64,000 bases of DNA from Octopus vulgaris (taxonomy: Eukaryota), in the NCBI GenBank assembly GCA_951406725.2, contig OX597815.1:78554001-78618000 (forward strand), in the 5' to 3' direction. The first letter of the stretch is position 1; each line of letters opens with the position of its first letter. The notes under the pieces are model-generated. The model was not told the origin of the DNA and ran no database searches. It saw only the letters and a program-made list of their open reading frames with translations. Of this stretch, positions 14,118-28,769 are shown piece after piece. A program made the translations under genes and the position numbers.

Positions 14118-16726
14118 CAAAACTTAAGATATCCTATATTTATATATAACAAACTCGATATTTTGTATACACAATTTTACCGGTTATTTGCATCTCTTTT
14201 CTTTATCTAATATTATAAATACCTTATTCGATGTATAATGTTTTATTTTCCCTCTCTTTATAACTGAAGCTAGTTTCTGCCCGGTTCACGCAGTTCCTAC
14301 AATAAAATCAATGATAAGGAACGGATCTACAATACTATAGCATTGACTCCGTTTCATGACTTAAATTTTTTTAAACAGTAATAATTAACCTGACTGCATC
14401 AAATCCATCCCAGAAGCTTCCGGTTTGGCTGTTGAAACAGGTGCTGCTCACCAGAGTGTTTCTGACGTCAGGTGAGGCCGGCATCTCAGAGCGGAAACTT
14501 GAAGTATTTTGAACGATTTCTCTGCAAAGTTCGCCTTCTCTCTATATAGCAATAAAACTGCGAGGAATGTAGCTATTTCAACAGTGTGAAGCCTGATCTT
14601 CACAGTTACTGATGTAATAAGAGAATTTCTGTGGGCATATTGACTTAAAAAAGACTTAAGCAGTTCATAAAAATATATACATCAAGAGATAGTCTTGTCA
14701 TTATTGACACACGACTTAACCCATTACAAAGACATAAGGGTTGAGCGTAATCCTGCATTCACTATCTGTGACTTTGACATGAATTCGAAGTGATCTGTAT
14801 TACCTGGAAGATGAGGATGTCGGCGGAAGAAAAAAGATGAGTATGTACGGCGCAATGAGAGAGCCTCTACATGGTTCGCTGGACACACTAACACAATAGC
14901 AGTCAAATCGTCTTCAAATTGCTCACAAATTACACCCGACTATCTTAAAAAGGGAAGAGGCATTGGTGTGTAGTTAAGAAGCTCTCTATACGACCATATG
15001 GTTTCGAGTTCGGATTCACTGCGCGGTACCTTGGACAAGTGTCTCCTATTAGAAACCCGGAGTGCCCAGTGCCTTCTGAATAAATTATTTAGTTTGTTAG
15101 TTAAACAGACAAACAGACAGATATGTGTGTGTTGTTGTTGCAATTGTACTTTTACAATTTTTGCTATTTACTATTTTCTTTCATGATTTTAATGACTTCA
15201 GACAATGGACTGCGACCATACTGGTGTACCGCCGACTAGCTATAGATAATTATATTAATCCTAGTTTTTCTGTCATCGACTATTACTTATTTGATCTACC
15301 TCGGAACACGGCGGCGGTGGCGATGCAATTGATGTTGTCGGTGTTATTACTGTTGTTTTTGCTGCTGCTGCTGCTGCTGCTGCCGGTGTTACTTTTGTTA
15401 AGGTTGTTATTTTGCAGATAATAATCCTCATCATTAAAAAATATATTTACAATGTTTATATTTATGCTACATTTCCATCAGTTTGATCTATCGTTACTAG
15501 ATATTTTATTCCTGGGTATGTACATTAACCCAGATTGGATTCGATGTAGTAGATATAAATGTTTGTATCTTTAGTAAAGAGGTTACTAGCTCGAATCCAA
15601 ATCTGGAACTGTATATGAACATTCAGGACTAAAGCACTTGATGACGATCGAAGATCAAACCTATCAAAACGTAGATCAGATATAAATATTGTAAATGCAT
15701 ATTCTAAAAATGAGATTTTTAATTTGTAAAATTATATAACTTTGACAACTTTATCGAGAGCAAATTTATGACATTCAAATAATCTTTTTTTTTTCTTTTT
15801 TGTAGCGTCAGTCATTCAACAAATTTCGCAACGTCAATCATTGAAATAATCATGTACACGATCGTTCAATTCATATTATGATGACCATTCAGCTAAATCT
15901 TGCGACGTCAGTCATTCAATTCATCTTGTGATGTCAGGAATTCAGTTAGTCTTGTGACGCACTCAGCACAATCTTGTGACGTCAATCATTTGCATATTTT
16001 GACTACACACTTTCATAACAAACTTACATGTAACGTTGCTGCTGTGATACAATCATGTCCATTGCTAAATCTTGGCTAATTAGTTAATCTAATTAATCAT
16101 AACAATTCCATATCAAGATTATGTGCTAATAGTTTCCCTTTATAAGGCCTTCATCGTCGGCAGAAAAGAAAGCTTATCAAACTGAATATTTTGGTGTAAC
16201 ATTACATGACCTGCAACGTCATACAAAGTGTGGGCACAGCGTGCTTTTCCATACTGTACAAACAGATTTAGCAATAACACGTTTGTTCTCGTTAGTCTCT
16301 CCTGGCGGTTTGGTTGGTCCAATTGCACATAAACGTGTAAACGAGGAAGCGACTACGTGATCGCTCGACATGCTAGAGATAGCAATCAAATTTTCCTCTG
16401 ATCATAAATTTTATTGTCTTAAATAAGGAAGGAACACATTAAAATAAAGTACTCTTACATACCCATAAAAGAGATGGCATGGATACCACTGGAACGCTTT
16501 TGGTCATGCCAGTGGCGTAACGAGGCGTATTTTGACGTGCGCAGGATGTTCATATCGTACAGGGCAGCTACTTTGGAAAAGAAAGCAAACATATGTTTGC
16601 GTTTAAGGAATTCCAAAACACATGTTATACCATTAGATAGCGAATCCGTTCAAAAAAGCTCTGAAAGATGCTACATGTGAGTAAATTGCGGTCTTAAGAA
16701 TATTATTCAACTACTACCGTAGTTGA

Positions 16727-16794
<68 letters not shown>

Positions 16795-18095
16795 ACATGT
16801 CCAAAACGCGTAAAAGACATTAGAGGCTACACAATGCATTCATACATACGTATATATACATACACATACAGACACACGTACAATACAAACATACATATCT
16901 ATACATACGTATACATTCATAGATACATACATACATACAGACAGACAGACAGACGGACAGGCAGGTAGATAGACAGACAGATAGATTCATTTATGCATTC
17001 ATATAAGTTTATTCATATAAGATAACCTTCAAAACTGCCTTAGAACACTAGTTATGTGTGTCATCTCAGAACTGAAGATATTGAGAGGCTGGGTTCAGCA
17101 GATAGTTACAGGTCTCATTTTTTAGCTCTCCCGACCCCGGACAGACGTGCCGACTGAACTCCCACTCTTATGTGCCATGATAAATTGGTTACACTTCTAA
17201 TATACACAAAATACTCCTATTGCTTTTCTTTTTTTTTTTTTTTTTTTGCATTCAATTCCAAATAATATTTAATTATAAATACAGTAGGGTTTTTATATGC
17301 ATTAAATGATTATGGAAGTCCAGGAGAATAAAATAGGAATCAATGTGATCCACGGACAAAAAATGGTTGAGCACCACTGCTGAATAAAAGAGGGGATAAA
17401 AAGCAACGATAAGTTAAGATAGCAATAACAGCCAAAAGTACATGGGAACGTGATGCACAAAGCCAAAGTTGGTAAAGTGTGTTTTTTTTATGTCCTGCAC
17501 TTGTGTATGCGTATTATATATGCACACACACACACACACACACACACAAATTTATTTGTGTAGAACTGTGTGCATGTGTGTGTGGGGAGGTTGTGCTTGC
17601 GCACCTGTATGTGTGAAGGAGAGCGACTGCTCGATTGTATGTGTTTATATAAGAGTTCAAAATGTCTACGGACTTGTAATTATAACAATGGAATAAGTTT
17701 TATGCCAAGAGGAAGTTGAGAAGGGTTCGGCCTGAAACTAGTATTTTCTTCTCACGAACATAAAACATTTCCACTGAATATTTTGTACAGCATTTGCCGA
17801 TGTTGAACGTAAATTATTAGTTTCTTCGTATTCTAACTTACTCTTCTTTTTTCGTTTTTTTATTTTTATTTCTTTTGTTGCTGTTTCCTATGTAATACGT
17901 AGATGGCTATAATATCATTGCTGATATTATAGTATAGATGTTTGACTGTATTGTATTTCTATGCGAATCTCTCTCTCTCTCACTCTCTCTCTCTCTCTCT
18001 TTCTTTCTTTCCTTTATGTGTATGTTATCGTCCTCCCCACCAAGATCTCTCTTTGCCAGTCTCATCTCTCTCTCTTTTCCCCCTCTATCTATCTA

Positions 18096-18141
<46 letters not shown>

Positions 18142-18376
18142 TGTCTGTCTATCTGTCAGTCTGACTTTCTGTTTGTCTGTCTGTCTGTCTGTCTAATCTA
18201 TCTATTTGTCTCCTATTACCTTTCTATATTTATCAGACTTGCTTTTACTCCATCCGTGAGTATGCAAGCATATAATATGAGTGTGTAATAGAGAGTGTGA
18301 GAGACAGTTGAGGAGAGAGAGAGACAGGCAGACAAAGAGACCGCGCGTGTGCATGTGTGTGCGTGTGCGTGCGTGC

Positions 18377-18464
<88 letters not shown>

Positions 18465-18989
18465 GTGTGTGTGATCAGGTAAAATGATGTCTTGCCGTCT
18501 CTACCTGAAGCCGGTTTGAGAGAATATGAATGGTGGTTATAGCTATAATTGTAAACAAATAAGATAAGTTATACATAAATAACTCATTACGCTTTGGTAC
18601 AATGATAGCTTGCTGCTGCTGGTGCTACCGGTGCTGCAGCTGCCGCTTTTGCCGCCAACATAAACCATTTCCTAAACAAGTTGCTATGCTCTGCTGGAGA
18701 GCCAATATATACAGCTAGACACAAAATTAAAACACCCTTTCCAGTTAGGTGTGTTAACTACACCATTTAATCATCGCTGCTATTAAATGATATTAAAATT
18801 GTTTTAATATAAATTTTTGCATGAAAGAGTAGATACTTCACAACAATAGGCGGGAACGGAAGCTAGGCACAAGGTAAACAAGGAGATCGTCTGGGGTGCA
18901 AAAATCCGAGGAGGGGGCACAGATAAACTCACACAAAAAAATTTAATCCAATTAAAAACACGGTAACTTAATGAAGAGAACAAATGAAA

Positions 18990-19440
18990 TGATTCCTAGA
19001 ACGTTGCGTGTTCTCAAATTCCACCAAACAGGTAATCATGTGGAAACAGACTGGGCCCTGGGAAGAACATATGGAGAAGGCTTATGAGAAGTTCGACTAA
19101 TACCAGGAGCTAGTTAAAGCAGCGCAGAAACCAGGGCTGGTAGACGCGTTGTAAGACCATTGGATTGTCGGACATTTGTGGGGCGTTCATCCTGTAAAGT
19201 TCTGATTAGGTTTGTAGTTTCTGGTGCGGTAAAGAAGAGGATCATAAATTTCATCACTGAAGCTAACAGAAGGTGACTGTGTGGTTTTGGATAAAGAAGT
19301 CAGACAATTAAGTAGTTGCTACTGGGATGCAAGTTGGGACATGATCAACCCTAATCGGGTCAACTAGGCATTGGGATTTAATGTCCCGAGGCTCCAAAAA
19401 CATTATTGATGATGCGTTCCAGAGCATCTACGAGATGTAT
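18990..19440 (+). mobile_element. R2/Hero-type LINE 3' fragment (restriction-like endonuclease domain and 3' UTR)
   Basis: Remnant VFSNSTKQVIMW..TGPWEEHMEKAYE...YQELV....QGW.TRC...CRTFVGRS matches the RLE consensus ELTVPWEE....HERK..KY..L......GW......EVGCRGF. Confidence 0.78.
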
Positions 19441-21241
19441 CTGGGAACTCGTATGGAGGAGATATGTAACTAGAATAGGCAAAAGTGGAAGCACCAGGCA
19501 AACTATGAGCTCACCTAGGCTGCTAAAATCGAGGTGTCTCCACAAATAACATATACAAAATTTCTTAATCCAGTTAAAAACACATAAACTTAACAATTAA
19601 GAGGACTAACGATGTCACCCCCAAACATTGAGGGACGGAGGACACACGTGGTGGTCGAGAAACTCGTGTGGTGTTACGACTTGTCACTTGGTTTGGCGTG
19701 AAATATTCCACATTTTTGCCCAAATTTACTGAGATATTCATTGTTCTATATCTATAGATTTCTTGGTAGTAAATTAACTGATTTTTTAAAATGAATTTTT
19801 GCTGCTAGTATAATAAAGTTGCTGACTGGAGGATGTTGTAGAAAAAAATTGAGAGGACGGGCTTCATTGTTGGGCTGTGAGAAGGACGCACAAAATAGAG
19901 CTTTCAAAAGAGGGTGCACGCTGAATACCCTGGCATCGGGTCAGGTAACAGGCAACAAGACTTAAAAAGAGACGACGGCGGAGCATGTATGTATACTTGC
20001 TAGAAATAGCAATCAAATTCCCTCAAATAACACTTTGCCATCTTTAAGCAGGAAGAACATATTGTACAATGTAGTCTTAAATATGCATCAAGATGGACGG
20101 TTTAGTTACAGTTAGTTTGTTTAAATATGGTGCGAGCGAAACTGTGGTTAAGGAGTTCGTTTCGCAACAATGTGGCTCTGCCTTTGATCCTACAGCGTCG
20201 CATCTTGGGCAAATGCTTTTTTAACATAGCTTTGGACTGATCAATACCTTATGAGAGGAATTTGGCGGGATTAAATGGTACTGCTTGTTGTCGAAACAAT
20301 AATAATTTTCAATGAAGCAGCTGAGGATGGGATGTCAATGTTATTTAAATCAATTTTAACATTGTGATGAATATGCAGTTTTTTTGTACTTGATTAGCTT
20401 CGATATGTAACTGGTATTTTTTGTAGCTAGAGAGATGAAAAGCAAATATCAAAATAGTGAACTGGGGATTCACAACCGTTTAAGGGATCCTAAAAAAAAA
20501 TTTGATTTAGATGTATGTATTGGTATGTATTGCAAGAAACAGCTTTGTTTCTTTCTCTAACATTTTACATTGTTCAACTTACACTATTGAATGTGTGATG
20601 AGCAAAATAGGAATTTTGAAAGGAGTTTCTATAAAACTAGTTTTCGGAACATTAAATGGCCAGGTGAGGCCCACCAGAATAAAATAGTAATGAAAGGGGT
20701 CCGTAGATAAAAAGTGGTTGAGAAGCTCTGATTTAGATGAAAATATATTGCTGCCTCGTCTAGAATTGAACGTAAAACCTATATTTTAAACTAAACATTG
20801 AGGGGAAACAACAAGAACATGTTTAAAAAAATTTGAAAAGTGAGTAACTTATTACTCATTTATGGTTCTCTGTTTTCTTTTCTTTTTGCATATATCTCGC
20901 ATGTTTGAAACAATAATGACTTTAAATACATACGTTTAGTCTCTTAGAATTTTTTTAAACAACAGCTCCGATGATGGAATTTGTTTCTTAGAGAAACCAG
21001 CCCCTTCTTTATAGTTACATAAATACACAGTCATGCCCGAAGCATGAATGTACGTATGCTTTTATGGGCATTGATATATATGTATTTGTAGTATCTGTAG
21101 ACATATGTAAATCAACACACAAGTTCATGTACGAAATGACATACATACATGCATATTCGTGTGGATGTGTGTGAGTGCGTGTATGATTGTATACATGCAT
21201 TTATGTCATTGCATGTGTGAATCACTGTGTGTGTGTATGTG

Positions 21242-21324
<83 letters not shown>

Positions 21325-23436
21325 AGAGAGAGAGAGAGATACACACACACACAGACTAATCAGATTAGTCTAACTTTGACCAACATACTTTATATTAGCT
21401 CTGAATTAGAACGAACCGGAAATACCAAAATACTTCGTGCTCACACAAGAAAAAAAAAAAAAAAAAGACAAGGGATGCGGTTAAAACCCTAACGTGACAG
21501 CTGAATCGGACTCAACAGAATTAACAACGAAAATGCAACTTACATGATATGCTGTTGTCTGAAAATCTTACCCCAATATTATGGACGTATGAGGCACGAC
21601 GGGTCGACCAAAATACTATACAGTACAATCTGTAGAAGGTATCGCCCTGAAGATTAAAATATAAATTACAATGATGTTAGACATTGAACAGAATCGTTGG
21701 ACTGTAGGACAAAATGCTTTGCGGTATTTGTTCCAGTTATTATTTTTTTAAAGTTCAAACCTGATCAAGGTGTATATTGCTTTTGACCGTTCCGGAGGTC
21801 AATAAAATAAATTACCAATCAAGTAGTGGTTCGATTTAATCCAGCACCGAACATACAGCTTTAAGCTAGCTTGGTAGAACAGAACACCAAATTCCTCAGA
21901 TGTCTCCTATTGGATAAACAGAATTAAATTAAAGACAAACCGAAACTTATAGCATCAGGTGATGGGGTGGGGGATAAGCTACAAAATACATGCACCAATT
22001 TCTGCAAGTTTTCAAGAACTAAAACAAATACAAAAATTGGATATCTGGCACCAAAAAGACGAAAATCATTCAGATCAAAGAGAAATCTTCCCCCAAAAAA
22101 GAGAAAAATAGCCGGTATGATTTGATCGATTGGCGATGATGATCATAGTATACTTATAATATGAAAGCATCTTTATTTTATAATGACCAATATAATTGTT
22201 TGCTGGTTGATTTCTCCAGTCAGGATTTACACTGTATAGAAGAGGAGGGGAGTAAAAGCGATCTACTGAGAGAGTTAGCACAGGAGATGCAGGGAGGGAT
22301 CTTGCAATTTTCTGAAAACTGCACATTTTTTAAATGAAATTTTTCAAAGATATATTACTCTAGAGTAGATTGCGATTGTGCTGATAAACTTCAGAAAAAT
22401 AACATACATTTCCTACAAATATACAAATGAGAAATTTGTTTTATTTAATATTATTTTGTTTTATTTAATATTATTTTAAGATAAATAGATTTTTTTCCCT
22501 TGACAATTAGAATTCGTTTCATCATTTTGTATAAACACTAAGAAGTTTGATGAAAGTTTGAATTATAATTATTGTAAGTATATCATATTTCCTGATATTT
22601 CCTATGGTGGAAAATGTATACTTCCAGAGTTATCCGTCATATGACGGATGACTTTAGACGTTTACTTTTTGCCATCATGTGTTAGGAGAATGTTTCTGCG
22701 AAACCCTTTGTAAATGTGCTGCAATGGAGTGGAAATGTGTTGTTCAATAAATGTTAATATAATGAAGAGGATAACAAAAAAGTTCTGTCAAAATAAGAAA
22801 TCTACAGGTACTACACCTGGACTATAATTTTAGATCTATACCCATTTTTGCCGCACTAGGTTATGTAACTAACTGCTTCAGCATCAGTATTCAGAAGCTA
22901 GGCCACACAGAATTAGAAAGGGCGTGATTAATTAAGAAATTGTAATTACAATTTATTACGGAACAGGAAAAATATGCAAAACATTTTAGAAGTTTAGTTT
23001 GCAATACATATATATACACCCGTATAGATATACAATTATTGATATGTATACATTGTTATATATTTTATATGCATACATATATACATATATGTATTCATAT
23101 CTAAGTGCATACATAAGCCAAAGAATACAAATTCACATATGTAAGCAGATACCTATATGCATACTTTCTACCTAGTTAATGTTGTCTAAATTTCAATAAA
23201 AGTGCCTTCTTCCTCGAATATAAACCCGTTCTGTTACTACTGGAGAGAATTTTTAAAAATAAAATCAGAATAATGAACATCCATATATGTATATAGGATT
23301 GTCTACATAAGCACGCATACATGCAAAAACATATGCATACATATTAACGTATATACATATATGCAAACAAGCATACCAGCATATTTGCATACCTACATAT
23401 TGGATACATGCATGTGTGCATACTAACATCTCAACG

Positions 23437-23546
23437 TACATACATACATACATACATACATACATACATACATACATACATACATACATACATACATACA
23501 TACATACATACATACATACATACATACATACATACATACATACATA
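23437..23546. repeat. (TACA)n microsatellite
   Basis: Direct inspection. Confidence 0.97.
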
Positions 23547-23989
23547 GTCCTGTCTAATAGAACGATATCAGATCTTTTGTGCTTGCACTGGATTACTGAT
23601 TTTATTAGAATGTTTTGCCAAAATTCCTTATTTTTAAAGATATGAGTATATTCTGGTTTTGGTGTACATACATACATATTATATTCAACGGAAGGCTTGG
23701 TGATGCACCGCTAAGTGAGTATACACGTCTGCATATATGTATAGGGAATTTCAAGCTGAACAACAACCTTGTCAATCTCACCGATCTCAGGGGACATGCG
23801 AGGATCATGGGCATTTTACCCACCTTTTGATTACGTCAAATCTTCTTGTGATCCGACTATATTGATGTCGATATCGAGTTTACGAGTCACCAAAGGCTAG
23901 CCTCCGTGCCATTACGTTCCCTACAAAAGTCGAGTTCACATTACATAAGAACATTGCGACGCAACGTTTTTTATTTCTTCTCTTTTTCT

Positions 23990-24230
23990 CCTTCAAATGG
24001 TCCTGCTTTATTCAACGTTATCCCGAAAAAAATTTAAAGTAAATAAAGACCCACAACATTCAAACGATACCTAGAAAAATTAATCCAAGAAGTACCAAAC
24101 AAACCAGCAACGCCTGGATACATCTCAGACAAAACGACACTCTTTGCTCGACTTGTACATGGTGTCCTGAAATATGCTTTAAAAGACCAATCCAGGCAGT
24201 GCTATTAAGTTAGTCATGGGCTGGCTGATA
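23990..24230 (+). mobile_element. CR1-group LINE 3' fragment
   Basis: Remnant GPALFNVIPK....FKRYLEKLIQEVPNKPATPGY, typical of a CR1 ORF2 C-terminus. A related fragment lies at about 21890-22080. Confidence 0.6.
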
Positions 24231-24257
24231 ATAGCAGAACACCCAATCTAAGTTATA

Positions 24258-24424
<167 letters not shown>

Positions 24425-24584
24425 TGGGTGCATTAGTAACAAACTGGAAAACAGCATTCAATATCGAGAAATGGATGAACAATTATTTTCAATATCATTT
24501 TCGTTAACTTTCTGGTACTTGAGATTTCCTACTGACAAGAGATCAGGATTTTTCAGATAATAGATATCTACCTTTTATGGAAGC

Positions 24585-24964
24585 ATTCCGTCGGTTACGA
24601 CGACGAGGGTTCCGGTTGATCCGAATCAACAGAACAGCCTGCTCGTGAAATTAACGTGTAAGTGGCTGAGCACTCCACAGACACGTGTACCCTTAACGTA
24701 GTTCTCGGGGATATTCAGCGTGACACAGAGAGTGACAAGACCGGCCCTTTGAAATACAGGTACAACAGAAACAGGAAGTAAGAGTGAGAGAAAGTTGTGG
24801 TGAAAGAGTACAGCAGGGATCACCACCATCCCCTGCCGGAGCCTCGTGGAGCTTTTTAGGTGTTTTCGCTCAATAAACACTCACAACGCCCGGTCTGGGA
24901 ATCGAAACCGCGATCCTATGACCGCGAGTCCGCTGCCCTAACCACTGGGCCATTGCGCCTCCAC
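24585..24964 (-). mobile_element. Apparently full-length tRNA-derived SINE (head type A)
   Basis: Minus strand begins GTGGAGGCGCAATGGCCCAGTGGTTAGGGCAGCGGACTCGCGG...TTCGATTCCC, with Pol III A and B boxes. Confidence 0.88.
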
Positions 24965-25059
24965 AGATATCTACCTATTATTGAAAAAATACGGACATGC
25001 AGACAGACAGACAGACAGTCAGTCAATCAGTCAGCCGTTAGTCGCACGAGGCCATGGGC

Positions 25060-25560
25060 CTACTATAACTGCCTCTAAAGGCACTATCTGCCAGTCTTGT
25101 CCTGGTGCTGTTTTTCCGTCAGATTTGCTTTACGTCATCAGCAAACCCCACCTTCTCACATCTTTTAAAACCATTTTTTGGTTCTAGTTTCAATTGGGAT
25201 GCCAGCTGTGTCCGCCAACCTGTCAAAGTTCATATAAAGCGACATCATGTCTCTCTTGCAGATATATTTGAAGCGGAGCTGGAAGGGCCCTCTTGCTCTC
25301 TTGCTGGAGGCAAGTTCCTTATATGGCAAGTCTCTTATCTGACATTCGATGTACGTAACCTAATGAAGATGTCGTTGTTGAAGTATAAGGAAGAAGCCAG
25401 GTATCTGGGTGCACATGTCAGGACCTCATTGTTATTGATTTTGATTAGTTTCCTTAATGTTCAAGATTTTTCTCAGGTATTTAACATCTTCCATCTACGT
25501 AGCATATAATAGGTCTTGGACATCAAGGACGGCGTCTTCGCACCAGAATCTTCTTGTGAC
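25060..25560 (-). mobile_element. RTE (BovB-like) LINE 3' fragment
   Basis: Minus-strand remnant LGYVHRMSDKRL...YKELASSKRARGPFQLRFKYICKRDM, compare WLGHV.RM.D.R.PK..LYGEL..G.R..GRP.LR.KD.CKRD. Confidence 0.8.
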
Positions 25561-25670
25561 CCAACTAGGTTGAATCCTTCAATGCCGATTAACACACTCA
25601 CACCCGCGTGCACACGCACACACACATATGTATATATATATATGTATATATGTATATATTTATATATTTT

Positions 25671-26119
<449 letters not shown>

Positions 26120-26169
26120 TGCATGTGTATGTAAATGTATGTGCATATATGTATATGTGTGTGTGTACA

Positions 26170-27085
26170 TTAGTGTTACTGAGGTCGACAGCAACGCCCG
26201 TAGCACCAGCACCAGCGCTACGGCCACAGAAGACGGCCACGCCAGCAGCAACAAGACCAACACTACGGCCGGAGTTGAGTACTGCAGCGGCAACTACTAC
26301 AGCGACAACGCTGGACCCACGGCCTGTAATAACAGCATCGATAACAGCTCCCACAACAGCAGTGGCAACAACAACTCCATGTCCAGAGCCAACAGAAGAT
26401 ACACCAGAGGCGTGAACACAACCTGCACAAGTTTGGAGATACATCGGGTCGGCCAGAACTGCCTTTAAGCGGCGCCTGTACAACCACAGGTTCTCTTTTA
26501 GGGTTCCGGAAAGACATTACGTCACCTCTCTGGTCAGACACATGTGATGCCTTAAGGATGAAGGAACTTCATACGAAATAAAATGGAGAATCAACGAACA
26601 ACCGGAGTCCTATATAAACGGGAATAGATGATGCAGTATTGCATAGCAGAGTGGACAAGGATCCTTAAAGTCTCGCTGGATTCGGGATCTCTCTTAAACT
26701 CGACGCACGAGATCTATAGCCTTTGCCTCCGTTTCAAACGTTACTTGCTGCAAGCGTGCGATTCCTCGTTCGCCGATTAGGGCTGTAAAACGTACTTGCA
26801 GACTGGAACCAGCCTAAGGACAGAGATTCCCTGTTTATCCTTTAAGTCCATAAGATTTGCCAACTAAACTAGTCTAAGGGTGATGACTTGTCCCGTTTAA
26901 GGCTCAAACAATGTTATTATTCTTTTGTTTACAAATTAAGTGACCGTGATGGTTTTCTACCTCCAGTTTGGAGAGAGGTTATATACCGCGGCCATTGGAG
27001 TCTGACGAGTTGTCTAGAAAACTAAGCGCTTTATGGGTACGAAATCACTGGTCACTCTATAATCAGATATATATTTAATTTCATG
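26170..27085 (+). mobile_element. Penelope-like retroelement 3' fragment (Thr/Ala-rich linker, GIY-YIG endonuclease relic, terminal region)
   Basis: Plus frame at about 26435-26586 reads WRYIGSARTAFKRRLYNHRFSFRVPERHYVTSLVRHM*CLKDEGTSYEIKW, matching the PLE endonuclease pattern YIG....FK.R..NH...F.....T.L...W.LK....Y.I.W. Confidence 0.83.
26996..27059 (+). ncRNA. Type I hammerhead ribozyme motif associated with the Penelope-like element
   Basis: Stem I TGGAGT/ACTCTA, core CTGACGA (27002-27008), stem II closed by GT/AC, GAAA (27041-27044), short stem III, GTC cleavage triplet (27051-27053). Confidence 0.7.
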
Positions 27086-27146
27086 TAAATACATTACTGT
27101 TCTAACTTTTAGAGTGCTTCTTTTTCAAATGTATGATCCACTGACA

Positions 27147-27234
<88 letters not shown>

Positions 27235-27622
27235 GGGAGAGTTGACAAAGGAAAGAGGCACTCAACATATTTAATAAGAGTCATATATTATTTATAACAG
27301 TTTGACTCGGTTCTATGCGACTTAAAGTTTCATAGGTCTCTTACGGAAACCCAGCTCGTCGAGCTCAGTTACCTTAATGATAATATATATGTATATATAT
27401 ATGTGTGTGTGGATTCGATCGGTAGTCGCCAGGATAGATCGGTAGCCACTACACACATATTTTTTCTCTCCTTGTTTTTTTCTGTGTCCCTTTCTGTAGA
27501 AGACCGTAGGCTCGAAACATAAAAGACCTTTTTCAATTCCTGAGCGTTATACCAATACATCTGTTTGTTTGTACACCACCTGTCTTCGTCTTTTGTTTTT
27601 TTTCGTGAGCTCTCTCCCAATG

Positions 27623-27740
<118 letters not shown>

Positions 27741-28003
27741 AGTGCAGTATTTGACTGGCACTTTCTTTTATCAACTCAGGAGGGATGAAAAGCAAAGTTG
27801 ACTTCAGCTGGAATTGAACTCAGAGCGTAGAAGACCGAAACAAATACAAGGGATGTGTTTATCGACTCGCTAACAGTTCTGCTAATCCACTGCCATATTT
27901 ATAACATATTCATAGACACAACATACTTTACTTGTATACATACAGACATAAATATTGATATACTGTGCATACATATGTACACACACACACACTCATATGT
28001 ATA

Positions 28004-28053
<50 letters not shown>

Positions 28054-28298
28054 CACACGCACGCACACATATGTATGTGTTGTATATATGACTAACAAAC
28101 GCATATATAACATACTTACATATCAAGTACTTTTAATATAAACTCACTCATATTTCTTTTTATGTTTTGTAGACGCAGAATGTTTATAAAAATGCATGTT
28201 TATTGTTCAACGCACTAATAAAAAAAATTAGTGTTCATATATGTGTGTATTTTTACGTGAAATTCAGCAAAAACTTTAATGTTCTATCATCCTTTGTA

Positions 28299-28393
<95 letters not shown>

Positions 28394-28769
28394 AGGTGAT
28401 ATATATATATAAAATTAGATGATATATATATATATATATAGATGATATATCTATATATATATATAAAATATATATAGTCACACACTCACTTCTTTTTTTT
28501 TAACACCATAGAATATATACATATGTTTTTATACATCATCCAATAGTCGAATGAGCCAACAAAGGAGAGCTGCTAGGCGGTCTCTCAGCATGTTAGAAAT
28601 AGCAGCCAAATCTCTCTCAATCCACACCCCGCCGTAAAGGGCTACCGCCACTAGACAAATGATGTCGTCCAGAATGTACCCAGACTGAATCTTAAAAAAA
28701 TATCTTGGTTGTAACAGTTTGAACGCTTTTGATCTTAGATCTACTTATTTACTATTCGATTATCAATAT

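Noticed and set aside
14389-14542. Minus-strand exon REGELCREIVQN...SFWDGFDAVR
   Set aside because: The frame is open, but I found no phase-compatible neighbouring exon or recognisable family, and it competes with an equally weak plus-strand reading.
24880-24964. tRNA gene (also at 10205, 11648 and 26021)
   Set aside because: A and B boxes are present, but each is followed by a SINE body rather than a clean acceptor stem and terminator, and several diverged copies occur.
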